Virus record (IMG/VR): IMGVR_UViG_3300010355_000140
Source of the DNA: a virus
DNA length: 43,961 nt
Strand: one strand, 5' to 3'
In this document: in pieces, positions 9,501-19,201 of the stretch
How the letters are laid out: each line of letters begins with the position of its first letter
Position numbering within the stretch: the first letter of the stretch is position 1
Notes under the pieces: model-generated
The model's database searches: none
Told to the model about the DNA's origin: nothing
What the model saw: only the letters and a program-made list of their open reading frames with translations
Program-made: the position numbers and the translations under genes

Positions 9501-11739
9501 TCTGCGCCCACACACGGCGGTGGTTATCGTCCATGATAGCCACCTCGGCTGGGACATTGACACCCAACGCTGCGAGCTGTGCTTCCATCTCCAGCTGCAC
9601 CTTCGTCTCGGTATCAGCTTGGGACATTGGGAAGTCCGGCAGCGGAATGCCAGCTTCGCGGAGTTCGGCTTCCGACCGGAACGTGAAGCCCATGTCCTGA
9701 TAACGCTTCTGGAGGAAATCAGCGGCTTGGTAGGCATTCAACTTCTGGATGTCCGCGATCTCGCTGCGATCGAGACCAACCATGTAGAGCAGGGATTCAT
9801 CGTGCAGCACCTTGCGGAGTGTCTGCTGGTCCATCTTGATGCCAGCGGCGTGGCCACCCACACTGAGCAGAGCCAGCGGGGCCACGGTGAACATGATGCG
9901 CGGGGACTCACGGATCAGGTTGGTCAGCTCGCCGCCTTCTTTGGTGAGGTTGTCCCAGAGGTTGCCATCGGTAAACAGGTTCACATCCTGAACGTCCGCA
10001 CCCATGGAGTGGTAGAGCTGCTGGACAACGGGGGCGGCACCCTCCTGCCCCAACTCCTGCACGGTTTCATACGCGAAAACCTGACTCCATTGGCCGACCA
10101 GTGAGTTGGTGCCGGGCATGCGTGCGAAAAGCGTCTTCATCTGCGTTCGGGCGAGACCGGCGTAGATGCCGGACGCGAGCGCGATTGCCTCCTCCTCGTC
10201 GGCGGTCAGCTCGGCGGTGCCCTTCTGCTGGCGCATGTTGGTCCGGAGCTGTTCTTGACGGGCACCAAAAACCACCGGAAGCCCGATGGGGGTGGCCGAC
10301 ATCGCCATCTCGGGGATCATACCAGCTAGGTTGTAAACAAAACCCTTGGGGGAATACCAGTCGCCGTAATCGATCTTGGCGACCGACTCGCGCCAGTTGG
10401 AAAGCTGGCTACCATAGAGCGCCACACGTTGCGCGTGGGATGCCTGCTGCTTGAGGGTCTCGCGCTCCATGGGTGTAACCCGACGTTTGCCCACGCCGGG
10501 GTTCCAGCGGGACTCTTCATTGGCCACCAGTGGATTTCCGGAGCGCCGGGGGTCGATGCCGGACAGCTGGGTGGAAAGCTGGCCGATGTCACCGACCGGG
10601 ATATTGCTCCAGACGTAGAGCGGTGCCTCGCCTTCAACGAGCTTGACCACGTTGGACGACAAGCCAGCTGCGGCACCACGGGAGAAGCCACCGAACGTCT
10701 TGTCCAGCGAACGCTCCAATGAGTTGGCTACACCGTTCATGAAGCCGTCCACGTCGCGCCCATGGGCTTTCGCGGTCTCGGCCAGCATGGCGTTGACGAT
10801 CTCGAACTCCTCGGGCTTCAACTCCGAGAATGCCTGCACCATCTCGTCCGTGGTGGCGAAGGTGCCGTCATCGAAGCGGGTGCCCTTCTCCTTGTCCACG
10901 GAGCTATCCTGCATGGCGATTGTGTTGAAAGCCTTCCGGACGAGCGGACGGATTTTACCGGCGTTCTCTTCCATGCCTTGATAGACATTGTTGCGGATGG
11001 TGCGGATCATCGTCCGCTCCTGATCGGTGAGGTTGGTTTCACCAATGAGGGCGTCGAACGCCGCATCATCCTTGTCATCGGTCATGCCCATGAAGGAAGC
11101 GTGGGCATTGTCGCGGGCTGCGGTTTCAATCCGATCGCGGCGATCGAACTGGTTCACCTTGTCCAAACTCCAACGCTTCAATGCGCCGTAGGTCGGCTCG
11201 CTCTCACCCTCCTTGGCTCCGGTGATCTGGCGCACCAGTGGCTCCACCGCGCCGGATGCGATCTCACGGGCGGAGAACCCGAACAGCATCGACATCGACT
11301 TCTTGGTCAGGTATCGCTCGCGGCCAGCCTGCTTGTTGCCATAGGCGGTTTCATAGTTGCGCACGCGGCCCTCGTCACCTTGATCCTTGACGAATGCCTC
11401 GAACGTCGCGTCATCCGCCGTGAAGAGCGTGGCGATCGTGCGGGTGATGCGCTCGGTGTCTTCGGCGGCGGTGCGTGAGCGGGCTTCGGGCGCGAAGCTG
11501 AACGGGACTTCGCCACGGTTCACCTTGTAGCCACGGTAGGCCGCGAGGTTATCCTTGAGCTTGACCACTTCACCCTCCGTCTTCGCTCGGTCGAATGTGG
11601 GTGAAGGAGGTCCGACCTTCCCAGCTAGCTGGGCTTCGCGGGACTCCAGTGCGTCGAGGGTGGTGATCGCACGTTGATCGGCGACGATAGGATCAACCCC
11701 GATGTGGAAGGTGTCGAAAGTGAGAGGATCAAATTTCAT
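6511..11739 (-). CDS. large internal virion / DNA-ejection protein (T7 gp16 position), 1742 aa
   Basis: Giant ORF between the gp15-position gene and the tail fibre. Start is chosen at ATG 11739 (MKFDPL), 1 nt after the upstream TAA (11741-11743), rather than the track's 11832, which overlaps the upstream gene by 92 nt. No catalytic motif recognised. Confidence 0.6.
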   Translation of the reverse strand: MKFDPLTFDTFHIGVDPIVADQRAITTLDALESREAQLAGKVGPPSPTFDRAKTEGEVVKLKDNLAAYRGYKVNRGEVPFSFAPEARSRTAAEDTERITRTIATLFTADDATFEAFVKDQGDEGRVRNYETAYGNKQAGRERYLTKKSMSMLFGFSAREIASGAVEPLVRQITGAKEGESEPTYGALKRWSLDKVNQFDRRDRIETAARDNAHASFMGMTDDKDDAAFDALIGETNLTDQERTMIRTIRNNVYQGMEENAGKIRPLVRKAFNTIAMQDSSVDKEKGTRFDDGTFATTDEMVQAFSELKPEEFEIVNAMLAETAKAHGRDVDGFMNGVANSLERSLDKTFGGFSRGAAAGLSSNVVKLVEGEAPLYVWSNIPVGDIGQLSTQLSGIDPRRSGNPLVANEESRWNPGVGKRRVTPMERETLKQQASHAQRVALYGSQLSNWRESVAKIDYGDWYSPKGFVYNLAGMIPEMAMSATPIGLPVVFGARQEQLRTNMRQQKGTAELTADEEEAIALASGIYAGLARTQMKTLFARMPGTNSLVGQWSQVFAYETVQELGQEGAAPVVQQLYHSMGADVQDVNLFTDGNLWDNLTKEGGELTNLIRESPRIMFTVAPLALLSVGGHAAGIKMDQQTLRKVLHDESLLYMVGLDRSEIADIQKLNAYQAADFLQKRYQDMGFTFRSEAELREAGIPLPDFPMSQADTETKVQLEMEAQLAALGVNVPAEVAIMDDNHRRVWAQKQAGEILEAAGVVVPEQGLDFLSYGDFANEAMRRVREEFGLDEASTPGNFASPEARMQWAQDNTSRPTIAIKEDGTFTVSKNGKSFNARTPEEVAEVARTLDPRYKPLSPKSNTVKESSVTVDPDSLRHSTLGLARMVSHEDQLLVREAMPPRADDPVTGSYSRGAKLRYGLQKFLGQRRTPGRTLDATRVKYERMRHGYEQMASRNALQLEKEVAKLVKKQAPALRQSYADNLTSDIRAAIHGDAKAMANLPTEIQPTAQAGRDFIDKFSQDIQPFMQKTLAQTLGDNIGSYMFRHYKVHDPKANWNETTVRRDHPQVYDDAMKYLQSTGLTKAEAEQSIKEMLHPSKAEDFLMGNSSAGRVDVTSLIKRKELAPEIRALLGEVTDPIAELRVTGKKVSDMALGYAAQADMASWLVKTGLAKRAKGGDFIKRIGDGPTGIEKAFRGFGEDFYTYPELAEALEDAFRSTPTDLTLPQVFARSVAAVSAFGKFNMVILNPGSYAVNYYGALSQEFIAGRLFNRKLDGAKAFLKFGTSILRDQTKSATYTTGDQETFYNTDAKAYLKAGGAEQLTWKQMETEMQIAGLLNSGVYDRDFAGAVEATAGEKFATFKDKAGKLYQVSDNGFKRHALAVEFNKHLAAAKDGDTVKEAWDRAVEDVRATTQNYDLVPKLLRQASQYGLFVPTFVSFNYELIRGIKNNVILAGRELKSGNPVLMANGFKRIAGLAGTGMLLYAATNAASQLFTGWSREEREKLEAAMEPWNENKEMLFTRADDKELAYFDPSYVIPYGLFYNAISAVGKDDAEVSEVLQEALVDMNIFTKTAADMVSNNDRQKGGRAIYNEEVDTPDVATTKLANYAYNNMMKPGVVRQWERAKKSVEGSIDYGGVKHNVGDFMLYMAGIRMIRKATDSPEFINDNLVEFAGRMREINSYLTKRQKAKASPEELATAEARMGVAEEKLKKDFDATIGMFRQLGISEDRINAGLKEAKIPKDLLK

Positions 11740-11740
11740 G

Positions 11741-13342
11741 TTAGTCGGCTGGTGGAAGGAGTAGATCAAGGCGTTCGTTGAGGTTGCGCTGATCCGTGGA
11801 CCATTCCGGCAGAATGTCCGTAGGGGTGTCAATCACTTCGATCGTCTTCCCATTTTTCAGCGTCACTTTGCGGAGCTTGGGAGCGCGTTTGAACTCCTTC
11901 TCCTTCTCAACCTCGGCAGTATCATCAACTTCCTCCATGATCCGACCTTGGATTTTCCGCATGTATTCCGACGCACTCGTGGAGTCCGGTTCATGACCCT
12001 TGGCGATCTCGTCGTTCATCCACTCGTTCATGGCGTTCTGGAGCTTCTCGCGGAAGCGCACGGCATTGACCCCCTCGAACTGGCGGATTTCAGCCAGCTG
12101 GGCTTTGTTCTTCTCCGTCATATCCGGGTTGGCGTCCTGCGCCTTGCCGACGTTGACGTTGGCGAAGCCATTGGCGGTCTCCTTCACCATCGTTTCGATG
12201 TTGTCGGCGACGTTCTTGTATTTCTTGGCGCGGTCGCGGGATTCCGCTTCGGTGCCACCAGCTCCATCGGACCCCATGATGATCTGGAAACGCTGGGCCA
12301 GCTGGCCACGCAGCTCACCGGCACCGGGGCGCTTGCCCAAGGTGGCGAGGTTGGCGTTCATCTCACTATACCGGCGGGTATATTCATCACGGGTGATCTC
12401 ACCGTTTTTGAAGGCATCGAAGTCCGAACGGATTTTGTCACCCAGCAGGAACTTCTCGTCCGTGGGGATCGACGTGCGGCTGAAAAGGTTTTTCTTCGCG
12501 GCTTTCTTTTCCGAGTCCGTCATGTTGGGCGAGGAATCGACCAGCTCGTCGATAGCCTCCTGCGGCGTGTTCGGGTTGCGGTCGATCTCTTCCGTGAACA
12601 GGTCGAGTTCGGCGGTGGTCCGCTTGGCCCGCTCGGTCTCGGCGGCTTCACGGATTTTCGTTTTCTCGAAGTCCGTCCGGTCAGCCCACTTTCCACCGTC
12701 TTCGGTTGCTTTGATAGCAGCCATGGGGTCGTGCATGATCTCGGTCTGGGTGTCGAAGCTATCCCGGCTACGTGTGTTGCCAAGCTCATTGCCGTGGTGT
12801 TCAACCTCGTCAATGATGTTGTTGTCGTAGGCTTCATTGTTGAGCCGGTCCACCTCGTCAAAGTCACCACGGCGGCGGGCATTCTCCATGTCCGCCCGAT
12901 AGATGCCACTGGCTACCCTGCGGTTCTCCTTGAGTGCGCTGCCGGTGATGTTGATCGAGCTGCTGCCAGCGAACTCCATGAAGTGTGCATCGAGCTTCTC
13001 CATGACGACCGGTGCGAACTTCATGTCACCCATCTGGGTCTTGTAGGTAGCCAGCCGCTTCTCCCATTCAGGGAGCCACTGAGCAGGGTCGATGTTGTTT
13101 TCAACGATGTCCATCTGGAACTGCGCCTGCAACGCATCCATGGAGTGGACACCGCGCCGGTAGTCCGTCTGGTTGCGGATGTTCTGCGCTTCGCCAAGGT
13201 GCTTCTTGACCAGCTCCATCGAGCCACCGACCGCCTGCGCGATCTTGCCAGCGGATTCAGCACTCGCACGGAAAGCTCCAGAGGGGGCTTCCTCTCCGGA
13301 GTATCGTGGTGCAACAAGGATAGGGTTGGGGATGATGGCCAT
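11741..13342 (-). CDS. internal virion protein (T7 gp15 position)
   Basis: 533 aa, charged and helical. Assigned by synteny only. Confidence 0.5.
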   Translation of the reverse strand: MAIIPNPILVAPRYSGEEAPSGAFRASAESAGKIAQAVGGSMELVKKHLGEAQNIRNQTDYRRGVHSMDALQAQFQMDIVENNIDPAQWLPEWEKRLATYKTQMGDMKFAPVVMEKLDAHFMEFAGSSSINITGSALKENRRVASGIYRADMENARRRGDFDEVDRLNNEAYDNNIIDEVEHHGNELGNTRSRDSFDTQTEIMHDPMAAIKATEDGGKWADRTDFEKTKIREAAETERAKRTTAELDLFTEEIDRNPNTPQEAIDELVDSSPNMTDSEKKAAKKNLFSRTSIPTDEKFLLGDKIRSDFDAFKNGEITRDEYTRRYSEMNANLATLGKRPGAGELRGQLAQRFQIIMGSDGAGGTEAESRDRAKKYKNVADNIETMVKETANGFANVNVGKAQDANPDMTEKNKAQLAEIRQFEGVNAVRFREKLQNAMNEWMNDEIAKGHEPDSTSASEYMRKIQGRIMEEVDDTAEVEKEKEFKRAPKLRKVTLKNGKTIEVIDTPTDILPEWSTDQRNLNERLDLLLPPAD

Positions 13343-13344
13343 GG

Positions 13345-13857
13345 TCAGATACGTGGTGAGCTGCGGTAGATGGAGAAGGCTTCACTCGCGCCTTGGGCTG
13401 CGGATTTCCACATGTCGAGTGAAGCGTTGAAGTTGTTCTGGCCGATCTGGAGGTCGGTCGCCCATTGGGTCATCTTGCCTTGTTCGAGGTAACTCGAAAG
13501 CCGGTCAAGAGCCTGATTGGTTCCTTGGTCGATCTCGTCATCCAGACGGTTGCGGAAGGCACCAAAGACAGCCAGCTGGGTTCCGTTGTCGGCGAAGCCG
13601 GAGGCGGCTTGGGCGACACGGAGTTCAGCCAGCTTGCGGTCACGCATCTCCTTGCGGCGGAGCTGGTTTTCCTTGAGCGCGTTCCGCTCGTTCGTTGACT
13701 TTCGATCGAGCGCACGCTGCCGGGCATCCGCCTCGGCCTGCGCGGCTTCGTTGGCTGCGTCGGCCTGCGCGTCGGCGGCGTAGATCGACGTGGCGGTGGT
13801 GCCTACCGCGAGTGCGATGTAGGCGTAAGTAGCTAGGGTTCCGGATTCTACTGCCAT
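13345..13857 (-). CDS. internal virion protein with N-terminal hydrophobic segment (T7 gp13/14 position)
   Basis: 170 aa. YAYIALAVGTTATSIYAA hydrophobic stretch, then an Ala/Gln-rich helix. Assigned by synteny. Confidence 0.5.
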   Translation of the reverse strand: MAVESGTLATYAYIALAVGTTATSIYAADAQADAANEAAQAEADARQRALDRKSTNERNALKENQLRRKEMRDRKLAELRVAQAASGFADNGTQLAVFGAFRNRLDDEIDQGTNQALDRLSSYLEQGKMTQWATDLQIGQNNFNASLDMWKSAAQGASEAFSIYRSSPRI

Positions 13858-13863
13858 GGTGGC

Positions 13864-16695
13864 TTAGGGTGAACTTTTGGTTTTGGCACGGACCGCCAGA
13901 ATGGTCATCGGATAGGGGCCGGTTTGCCTCACCGAGATAGTTGGTTTCCGTTTCCATGTCGAGTTGATAGTGCATTGGGCGTCTCCCGACACCAGCGGGG
14001 CCGGGGAGGCGTCTTCGATCCTGTCAATCCCAATCTCCACCTTCGACCAGCTGGTAGCTACCTTGGGGGTCATGCTCATTTCCATGCCCAGCGAATTGCG
14101 GAAGCGGATGATGGCTTCCGTGACCGCGCCTTTCATGCCGATCACGCCGGATTCCAGTGGCATCGTCGTGATTAGCGAAGTGTAGGGGAGACCTACGATC
14201 GCGTTGTTCACAACCCGACCATTGTTGAGGACGATCTTGCCATCCGCGACAGTATAGGGGCCAAGGTCTTCACCGTCACCATAGACTTGGACCTGCATGC
14301 CTTCGAGGTGGCTGAGACCAAGGATGGTGTTGAACGTCTGTCCGATGGTGTTGACCTGCTGGACGAAGCTATCGAGGAACGTGAGGTTGGGCATGTCCAT
14401 GTCCTCCTCGCGGCGAAGCATGTCCGGGGTCATCCATTCGATGAACCGGCCATTGGAGCGTTCGACCACGGCGTAAAGGTCGTCGTCCTCCAGCCGACCG
14501 GTGCAGGTTGCGGCGGATTCGATGTATCCTTCGGTGATGAAGCGGGACCAGCCGACCACGTTCTGCGCACGTTCATACGTGAGGATCGCGATCTGGCCAC
14601 CGACCGTCAGGTAGAGCGTCGAGTCCGGCGCGTCCCCCGACTCCATCTGGACGACACCACCTCGGGTGATGTGGCTAGCCAGCTGGGTGAGGTCCACATT
14701 GGTGTATCCACCATACTCCACGGAGCCACCGACTAGTTCCTGAATCTTCCGTCCTTTCGACTGGAGGAACAGCACGTTGTTCTGGATCGGCACACCGGGA
14801 ATACCCTCGGCCACACCATGCCGGATGTTCCGGTTGTTGGCGTTGTTCTCCGGTGTGACGGACATGCCGTTCGGCGAGCTGATCGCCCAGATACCGGACG
14901 TGGTGCCGACCAGCAGCGAAAGGTGGCTGACCAGCCAGAGGACCGATTCGTATTCCGTCGCGTCGGTCTCGAAGCTCATGCCATCATCAGCCAGCGTGCC
15001 TTGGGTGAAGTCGAACGGTTTCCGCGTGCGGCTTGCCCATACTGTCTGGGTGCGGGCTTTCGATCCACCGAACCAGAGACGTTTCTGGTGGAAGGTGCAG
15101 GTCTTGGCGTAACCGTTCTTCGGATTGAACGCATCCTCATACCATTCGGTCGTGGCACCAGCGGACTCGAATTTCCGTTCCACCTGCCCTTGGACTTGGG
15201 TGGGGGTCGAATAGGTGTCGATCCGGAAGATGCCATAGGTGGTGACGGACAACGTGGTGAAATTGATCTTGGTGTCCATCCGGTTGTCGTCGAGGTCGAG
15301 CATGATGACACGCATCTGCGCGTTGGCGTCGAGGGTCTCGCTATCTTGGACAAGGAAATTCTTGTCGTTGTTCGACTGGCAGGTCTTGATTGGATTCCAA
15401 GTCACACCGTTGTCGTAGCTACGTTCGATCACGAACGTGCCCCGCCATGTGCCGGAGGTCTCGAAGCTCCACGCTCCACGGACCGCACGCGCCGGGACGA
15501 CGATCGCCCCTTGGTCGAAGTGCTGGGGATACTGGTCAGGATCAGTGAGACCCGGATCATAGTCACCACCCACGCCGTTGTAGGCCGAATAGGTGCGCCA
15601 GAACTCGCGGTTGCCGACCGGAATCAGACCGGCATACTTGCCGACGTTCCGGAGGAAGTTCGAGTCCTTGCGGATGACCTTGCCGATCGGGTAGTTGCCG
15701 GTGGTCGGGTTGAACGTGGGGATGCTTCCGAGCGATCCGAGTTCGGTTTCCGGTGTGGTGCGGTATGGCTCCTCGGGCCGGATGTTAGCCAGCCGGAGCC
15801 GGGTGCCAACCCATGCAGAGGAGAAGATGGGCGCACTGGCATTGATGTAGCCGAACGCATTCAGCGCCGTGACCGTAGGGGTCAGGGAAACCGGGTTCTC
15901 GGTCTCATAGACCTCCCACACACGCTCCTGCCATGGGAACGGGGTGATGACCCATGTGTCGTTCGGGTTGCGGAGAATCGTGTGCGTCTCCACGTCGCCA
16001 TGGGTGACAATGATGCGGTCGATCCGCTGCGCGAAATGCAGCGCCATGATCTGGTCCTCGGTCCATGGGGTGGTGTATTCCTGCACCAGAGCGAACGTCG
16101 GGTCGATCGTGACACCGATGGCTGGCTGGGTGGACAGGAAGTTGCGCCATGAGAGGACTTCCCAAGGATAGTCCACCTGCTGGTTGGCGAAGTAGAACTC
16201 CACGTTGACACCACCACGGCGCACGACGATCACCCAGACGGTGCCGTTGTGGCTGACTTGGATCGCGTGCGAGCTGGCACCGAACGATCCGCCGCCACCC
16301 GTGGACCAAGCTAGCTTGCCGTTGATCTGGTTGGCTTGGATAACGTCGAGGTTGGCGATCGATCCCTGTGTGATGCCCGCCATGGTGAGCTTCGCGGTGG
16401 CGGGGTTGTTGATGAGCAGCTTGCCGTTGCGGATCACACGCATCTTGAGGTGTGAGAACTCCATGGTATAGCCTTGCTCGGCGGAGAACCGAAAACCCTT
16501 GAGACGGGACTTGCGGTTCTGGTCATAGACTGGTGCCACCTTGCGGAAACCGGCACGGCGGGTCACACCGCCGACGCGGAGGACACGCACATTTTCAGCG
16601 GTCTCCAAGCCCATCTGGACTTTCTGGAGGTCGATACGACCGGCCATGTCATCGGACATTTCACCGGCATTAAGTGAGAATTTGGTCAGGTCCAT
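13864..16695 (-). CDS. tail tubular protein B (gp12-like nozzle)
   Basis: 943 aa. N-terminus ...LRVGGVTRRAGFRKV resembles podovirus gp12 openings. Sits directly after the tubular A gene (tgatttATG junction). Confidence 0.75.
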   Translation of the reverse strand: MDLTKFSLNAGEMSDDMAGRIDLQKVQMGLETAENVRVLRVGGVTRRAGFRKVAPVYDQNRKSRLKGFRFSAEQGYTMEFSHLKMRVIRNGKLLINNPATAKLTMAGITQGSIANLDVIQANQINGKLAWSTGGGGSFGASSHAIQVSHNGTVWVIVVRRGGVNVEFYFANQQVDYPWEVLSWRNFLSTQPAIGVTIDPTFALVQEYTTPWTEDQIMALHFAQRIDRIIVTHGDVETHTILRNPNDTWVITPFPWQERVWEVYETENPVSLTPTVTALNAFGYINASAPIFSSAWVGTRLRLANIRPEEPYRTTPETELGSLGSIPTFNPTTGNYPIGKVIRKDSNFLRNVGKYAGLIPVGNREFWRTYSAYNGVGGDYDPGLTDPDQYPQHFDQGAIVVPARAVRGAWSFETSGTWRGTFVIERSYDNGVTWNPIKTCQSNNDKNFLVQDSETLDANAQMRVIMLDLDDNRMDTKINFTTLSVTTYGIFRIDTYSTPTQVQGQVERKFESAGATTEWYEDAFNPKNGYAKTCTFHQKRLWFGGSKARTQTVWASRTRKPFDFTQGTLADDGMSFETDATEYESVLWLVSHLSLLVGTTSGIWAISSPNGMSVTPENNANNRNIRHGVAEGIPGVPIQNNVLFLQSKGRKIQELVGGSVEYGGYTNVDLTQLASHITRGGVVQMESGDAPDSTLYLTVGGQIAILTYERAQNVVGWSRFITEGYIESAATCTGRLEDDDLYAVVERSNGRFIEWMTPDMLRREEDMDMPNLTFLDSFVQQVNTIGQTFNTILGLSHLEGMQVQVYGDGEDLGPYTVADGKIVLNNGRVVNNAIVGLPYTSLITTMPLESGVIGMKGAVTEAIIRFRNSLGMEMSMTPKVATSWSKVEIGIDRIEDASPAPLVSGDAQCTINSTWKRKPTISVRQTGPYPMTILAVRAKTKSSP

Positions 16696-16698
16696 AAA

Positions 16699-17382
16699 TC
16701 AAGGGGTGTGTCCGTAAGGGTCGCGTGCGTAGCCAGCGCCGGACCGGCGCGAGCGGAGGGATGGGGAGCCAGCCAGACGGGTTCCTTGGTCGCGGAAACC
16801 ATTTTCGCCGGAGTTGTCTTGAACGGAGTCATAGAACTGCGCGTTGGGCAGATCGTTCCGTTCATAGATTTCCAACATGCGTGCGGCCATGGCCGGGTTG
16901 TCGGCGAGGGCACCAGCGATGTAGTGGGCCATCAGACGGGCGACGGCAGCTTGGAAGTGGGGGGTCCACTTCGCCGGGTCTTGGTTGTCGAAGATATACT
17001 CCAGACCGATGTATTCATCATTGGACCAGATTTCACCGGACATGATCTGGAAGTGATCGATCTGACCAGTATAGGGTGGGTCAATGCCATCGACCGGCGG
17101 ACCGCCACGGTGGAGCTTCATCGTGCGGATATGATCCTCCGGCAAGTAGTGGGAGAACCGGAACGGGCCGAACAGGACGGCAGCGGGGTTGCGGGTGAGG
17201 ATGGCCGCTTTCTTGGCGAAGCTCCAGCGGTGCGCGGCGAGCGTCACCTTGCGGGCTTGGTCATAGAACTCGGCGCAAAGACGGACGAGCGCATTGGATT
17301 CTTGGGCGGCTTGGTCCAGCTGGGTGATGCGCCGGTCGCCGATGTGGGCAAGGGCGGTGTTGCAGATTTGAACAGGGTCCAT
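16699..17382 (-). CDS. tail tubular protein A (gp11-like adaptor)
   Basis: 227 aa. N-terminus ICNTALAHIGDRRITQLD...AHRWSFAKK fits the gp11-family pattern. Synteny supports the call. Confidence 0.7.
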   Translation of the reverse strand: MDPVQICNTALAHIGDRRITQLDQAAQESNALVRLCAEFYDQARKVTLAAHRWSFAKKAAILTRNPAAVLFGPFRFSHYLPEDHIRTMKLHRGGPPVDGIDPPYTGQIDHFQIMSGEIWSNDEYIGLEYIFDNQDPAKWTPHFQAAVARLMAHYIAGALADNPAMAARMLEIYERNDLPNAQFYDSVQDNSGENGFRDQGTRLAGSPSLRSRRSGAGYARDPYGHTP

Positions 17383-17401
17383 GTTGGTGGCTAGCTAAAT
17401 G

Positions 17402-17434
17402 AAAAAGGACAGGGAAAGCAAGCTCTCCCTGTCC
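17402..17434 (-). terminator. intrinsic terminator after the capsid/162-aa gene unit
   Basis: On the minus strand: ggacaggga-gagcttgctt-tccctgtcc followed by tttttcattt (9-bp stem plus T-tract). Confidence 0.75.
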
Positions 17435-17465
17435 TCCCGACTATCAACGATACATCCAATGAAAC

Positions 17466-17954
17466 TTACTCGGCGCGGACACCAACGATGTTGAATCCGA
17501 TGGTTCCGGATGGGAGAGCGCCACCAGCCTGCTCCAAGAACAGGTAGCGACGTTTCCGGGACGCCGGAATAAATTGAGGGATTTGGTTCTGCGGGAACGT
17601 CGGAGCATTACCGGAGCTGCGGGTGAATGTGCCGATGTCATACGACTCATACTCCGAGCCGGTCGATCCGGTTGGGTCCGTGGTCACATAGATGTTGTGG
17701 GTGGTGCCATTGAAGTGGCCACCAACAACATTGAAAAGACCGGGAATGAGAGCGACACCAGACGGGATTTCGTCGAGGATGATCCTGTCACCAGTAGTTC
17801 CAGCCGGGGTTTGACCGGTGCCGTTACCAACGATGACGAGGGCATGCTGGAAGTGGAGTTTGCCACTGACGCCATGAGCATCAGGGAGAATTTTACCGGC
17901 ATTACCGGCAGCGAGTTCCTTGAGGTATTGGGTGTTGGACTTGGTAAGAGCCAT
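17466..17954 (-). CDS. hypothetical virion protein (candidate capsid decoration / minor capsid protein)
   Basis: 162 aa, Gly/Thr-rich and beta-like. Co-transcribed with the capsid gene between two terminators. Its leader contains aaacagaaaatcaataccATG. Confidence 0.45.
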   Translation of the reverse strand: MALTKSNTQYLKELAAGNAGKILPDAHGVSGKLHFQHALVIVGNGTGQTPAGTTGDRIILDEIPSGVALIPGLFNVVGGHFNGTTHNIYVTTDPTGSTGSEYESYDIGTFTRSSGNAPTFPQNQIPQFIPASRKRRYLFLEQAGGALPSGTIGFNIVGVRAE

Positions 17955-18019
17955 GGTATTGATTTTCTGTTTGGGGTTCAGGGAGGGCGGCTGGGGTTAG
18001 CCAGCCGCCCCGGTGAGGG

Positions 18020-18982
18020 TTAGACCGACTCGTCGGCCTTGATGATGACGACACCCTTCTCTTCGAGGCGGGTAGCGCCAGCGGTGAACTTGAACCGGAT
18101 ACGGTCGCCACCGGTGTCGCGGTCGCGCCACACGTCGGTCTCGGCCTTTTTCCAGTCGCCAAGGACGACCTTCGACTTGAGCCACATCGGGATGTCTTGG
18201 ATGTTGCCGGTCTTGCGTTCCTTGAGTCCGGTGGTGACGAGCAGCTTGACACCGAAGAAGGTTTCCAAGATGCCGGTGTCGAAGGGTTTGCCGCCAGTGA
18301 ACGAACGGAAGTCCGAGCTGGTGACAATGGCTTCGTTCCACAGGTTGAGGAGCGACTTCGGCGAAGCAGCGAGGCAGAGCTGGTCGGGACCGTCGAGGAC
18401 GGAATCCTGACCCCACGCATCGTTCTCCATGAAGATGCGGACACCTTCACGAATCTTGCGGGCGGTCAGACCGGTGTTGGCACCAGTGATGTTGACGGCG
18501 ACGATCTGGCTGGATGGGAGAGCGATGGTGGACATCGCTTCTTCCGCACCGGCACCGATGGTAGCGGTGTCGAGCATACCAGCGAAGATGATGTCTTCCA
18601 TCTTGCGCTCACCGGCTTCCATCAGACGCTTCGCGGCCTGCGGCATCGGAACGCCAAGGCGGTCGAGCTTCCAGCCGTCGTCTTCGTCGAATTTGACCTT
18701 CTGGTTGAAGGATTTTGGGAACATGAACCGACGAGCGGTAGGCAGTTCGATGGCTGGCTTGTTCTCGTGACGAGCGGTTTTCTCTTCGAGTTCAAGTTCA
18801 CCATACTGCTCAACCGTGTGATAGCGACCGGAGGCGGTGCCGTCGTAGGTGATGTAGGGCTTGAGGGCGTTGTGCTTCTTCGAAAGAAGAGCGTTCCATT
18901 GTTCGCCGTAGGAAATACGTGCGTGTTCGTGCGGGGTCATTGGGGTGTTGGGGTAAATTTGGGGTTGAAGAATTAACTCCAT
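18020..18982 (-). CDS. major capsid protein
   Basis: About 320 aa, at the T7 gp10 position after the scaffold gene and bracketed by terminators. Start is set at ATG 18982 (MELILQPQ). The track's 19021 start is a TTG and is an alternative. Confidence 0.7.
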   Translation of the reverse strand: MELILQPQIYPNTPMTPHEHARISYGEQWNALLSKKHNALKPYITYDGTASGRYHTVEQYGELELEEKTARHENKPAIELPTARRFMFPKSFNQKVKFDEDDGWKLDRLGVPMPQAAKRLMEAGERKMEDIIFAGMLDTATIGAGAEEAMSTIALPSSQIVAVNITGANTGLTARKIREGVRIFMENDAWGQDSVLDGPDQLCLAASPKSLLNLWNEAIVTSSDFRSFTGGKPFDTGILETFFGVKLLVTTGLKERKTGNIQDIPMWLKSKVVLGDWKKAETDVWRDRDTGGDRIRFKFTAGATRLEEKGVVIIKADESV

Positions 18983-19133
18983 CCTAGCTGGTTCCGGTTG
19001 ACTCCCTTGCGGGTTTGCCAACCCTACCTTTCGGAAGGGTCGCCACTGTCATTGAGTCCGGAACGGTTTCCCAACAGCACGTAAGCTGGCTAATGTGTTG
19101 TCACAAGTTAGCCAGTCTGGCAACAGGAAAATG

Positions 19134-19172
19134 AAAAATAAAAACCCCCGCCGGGAAAGGGACCGGCGGGGG
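19134..19172 (-). terminator. intrinsic terminator between scaffold and capsid genes
   Basis: Minus strand: cccccgccgg-tccctttc-ccggcggggg (10-bp GC stem) followed by tttttattttt. Confidence 0.85.
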
Positions 19173-19201
19173 TTAGGGTGCGGGGCAGCGTTGCGGGGAA
19201 A

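Noticed and set aside
6511-11739. The 1742-aa virion protein considered as an N4-type virion RNA polymerase or a lytic transglycosylase fusion.
   Set aside because: I could not find RNAP motifs (T/DxxGR, R..K..YG, HDS-like) or a transglycosylase catalytic Glu-Ser context by eye. It is kept as a generic ejection/internal protein. A profile search would be needed to revisit this.
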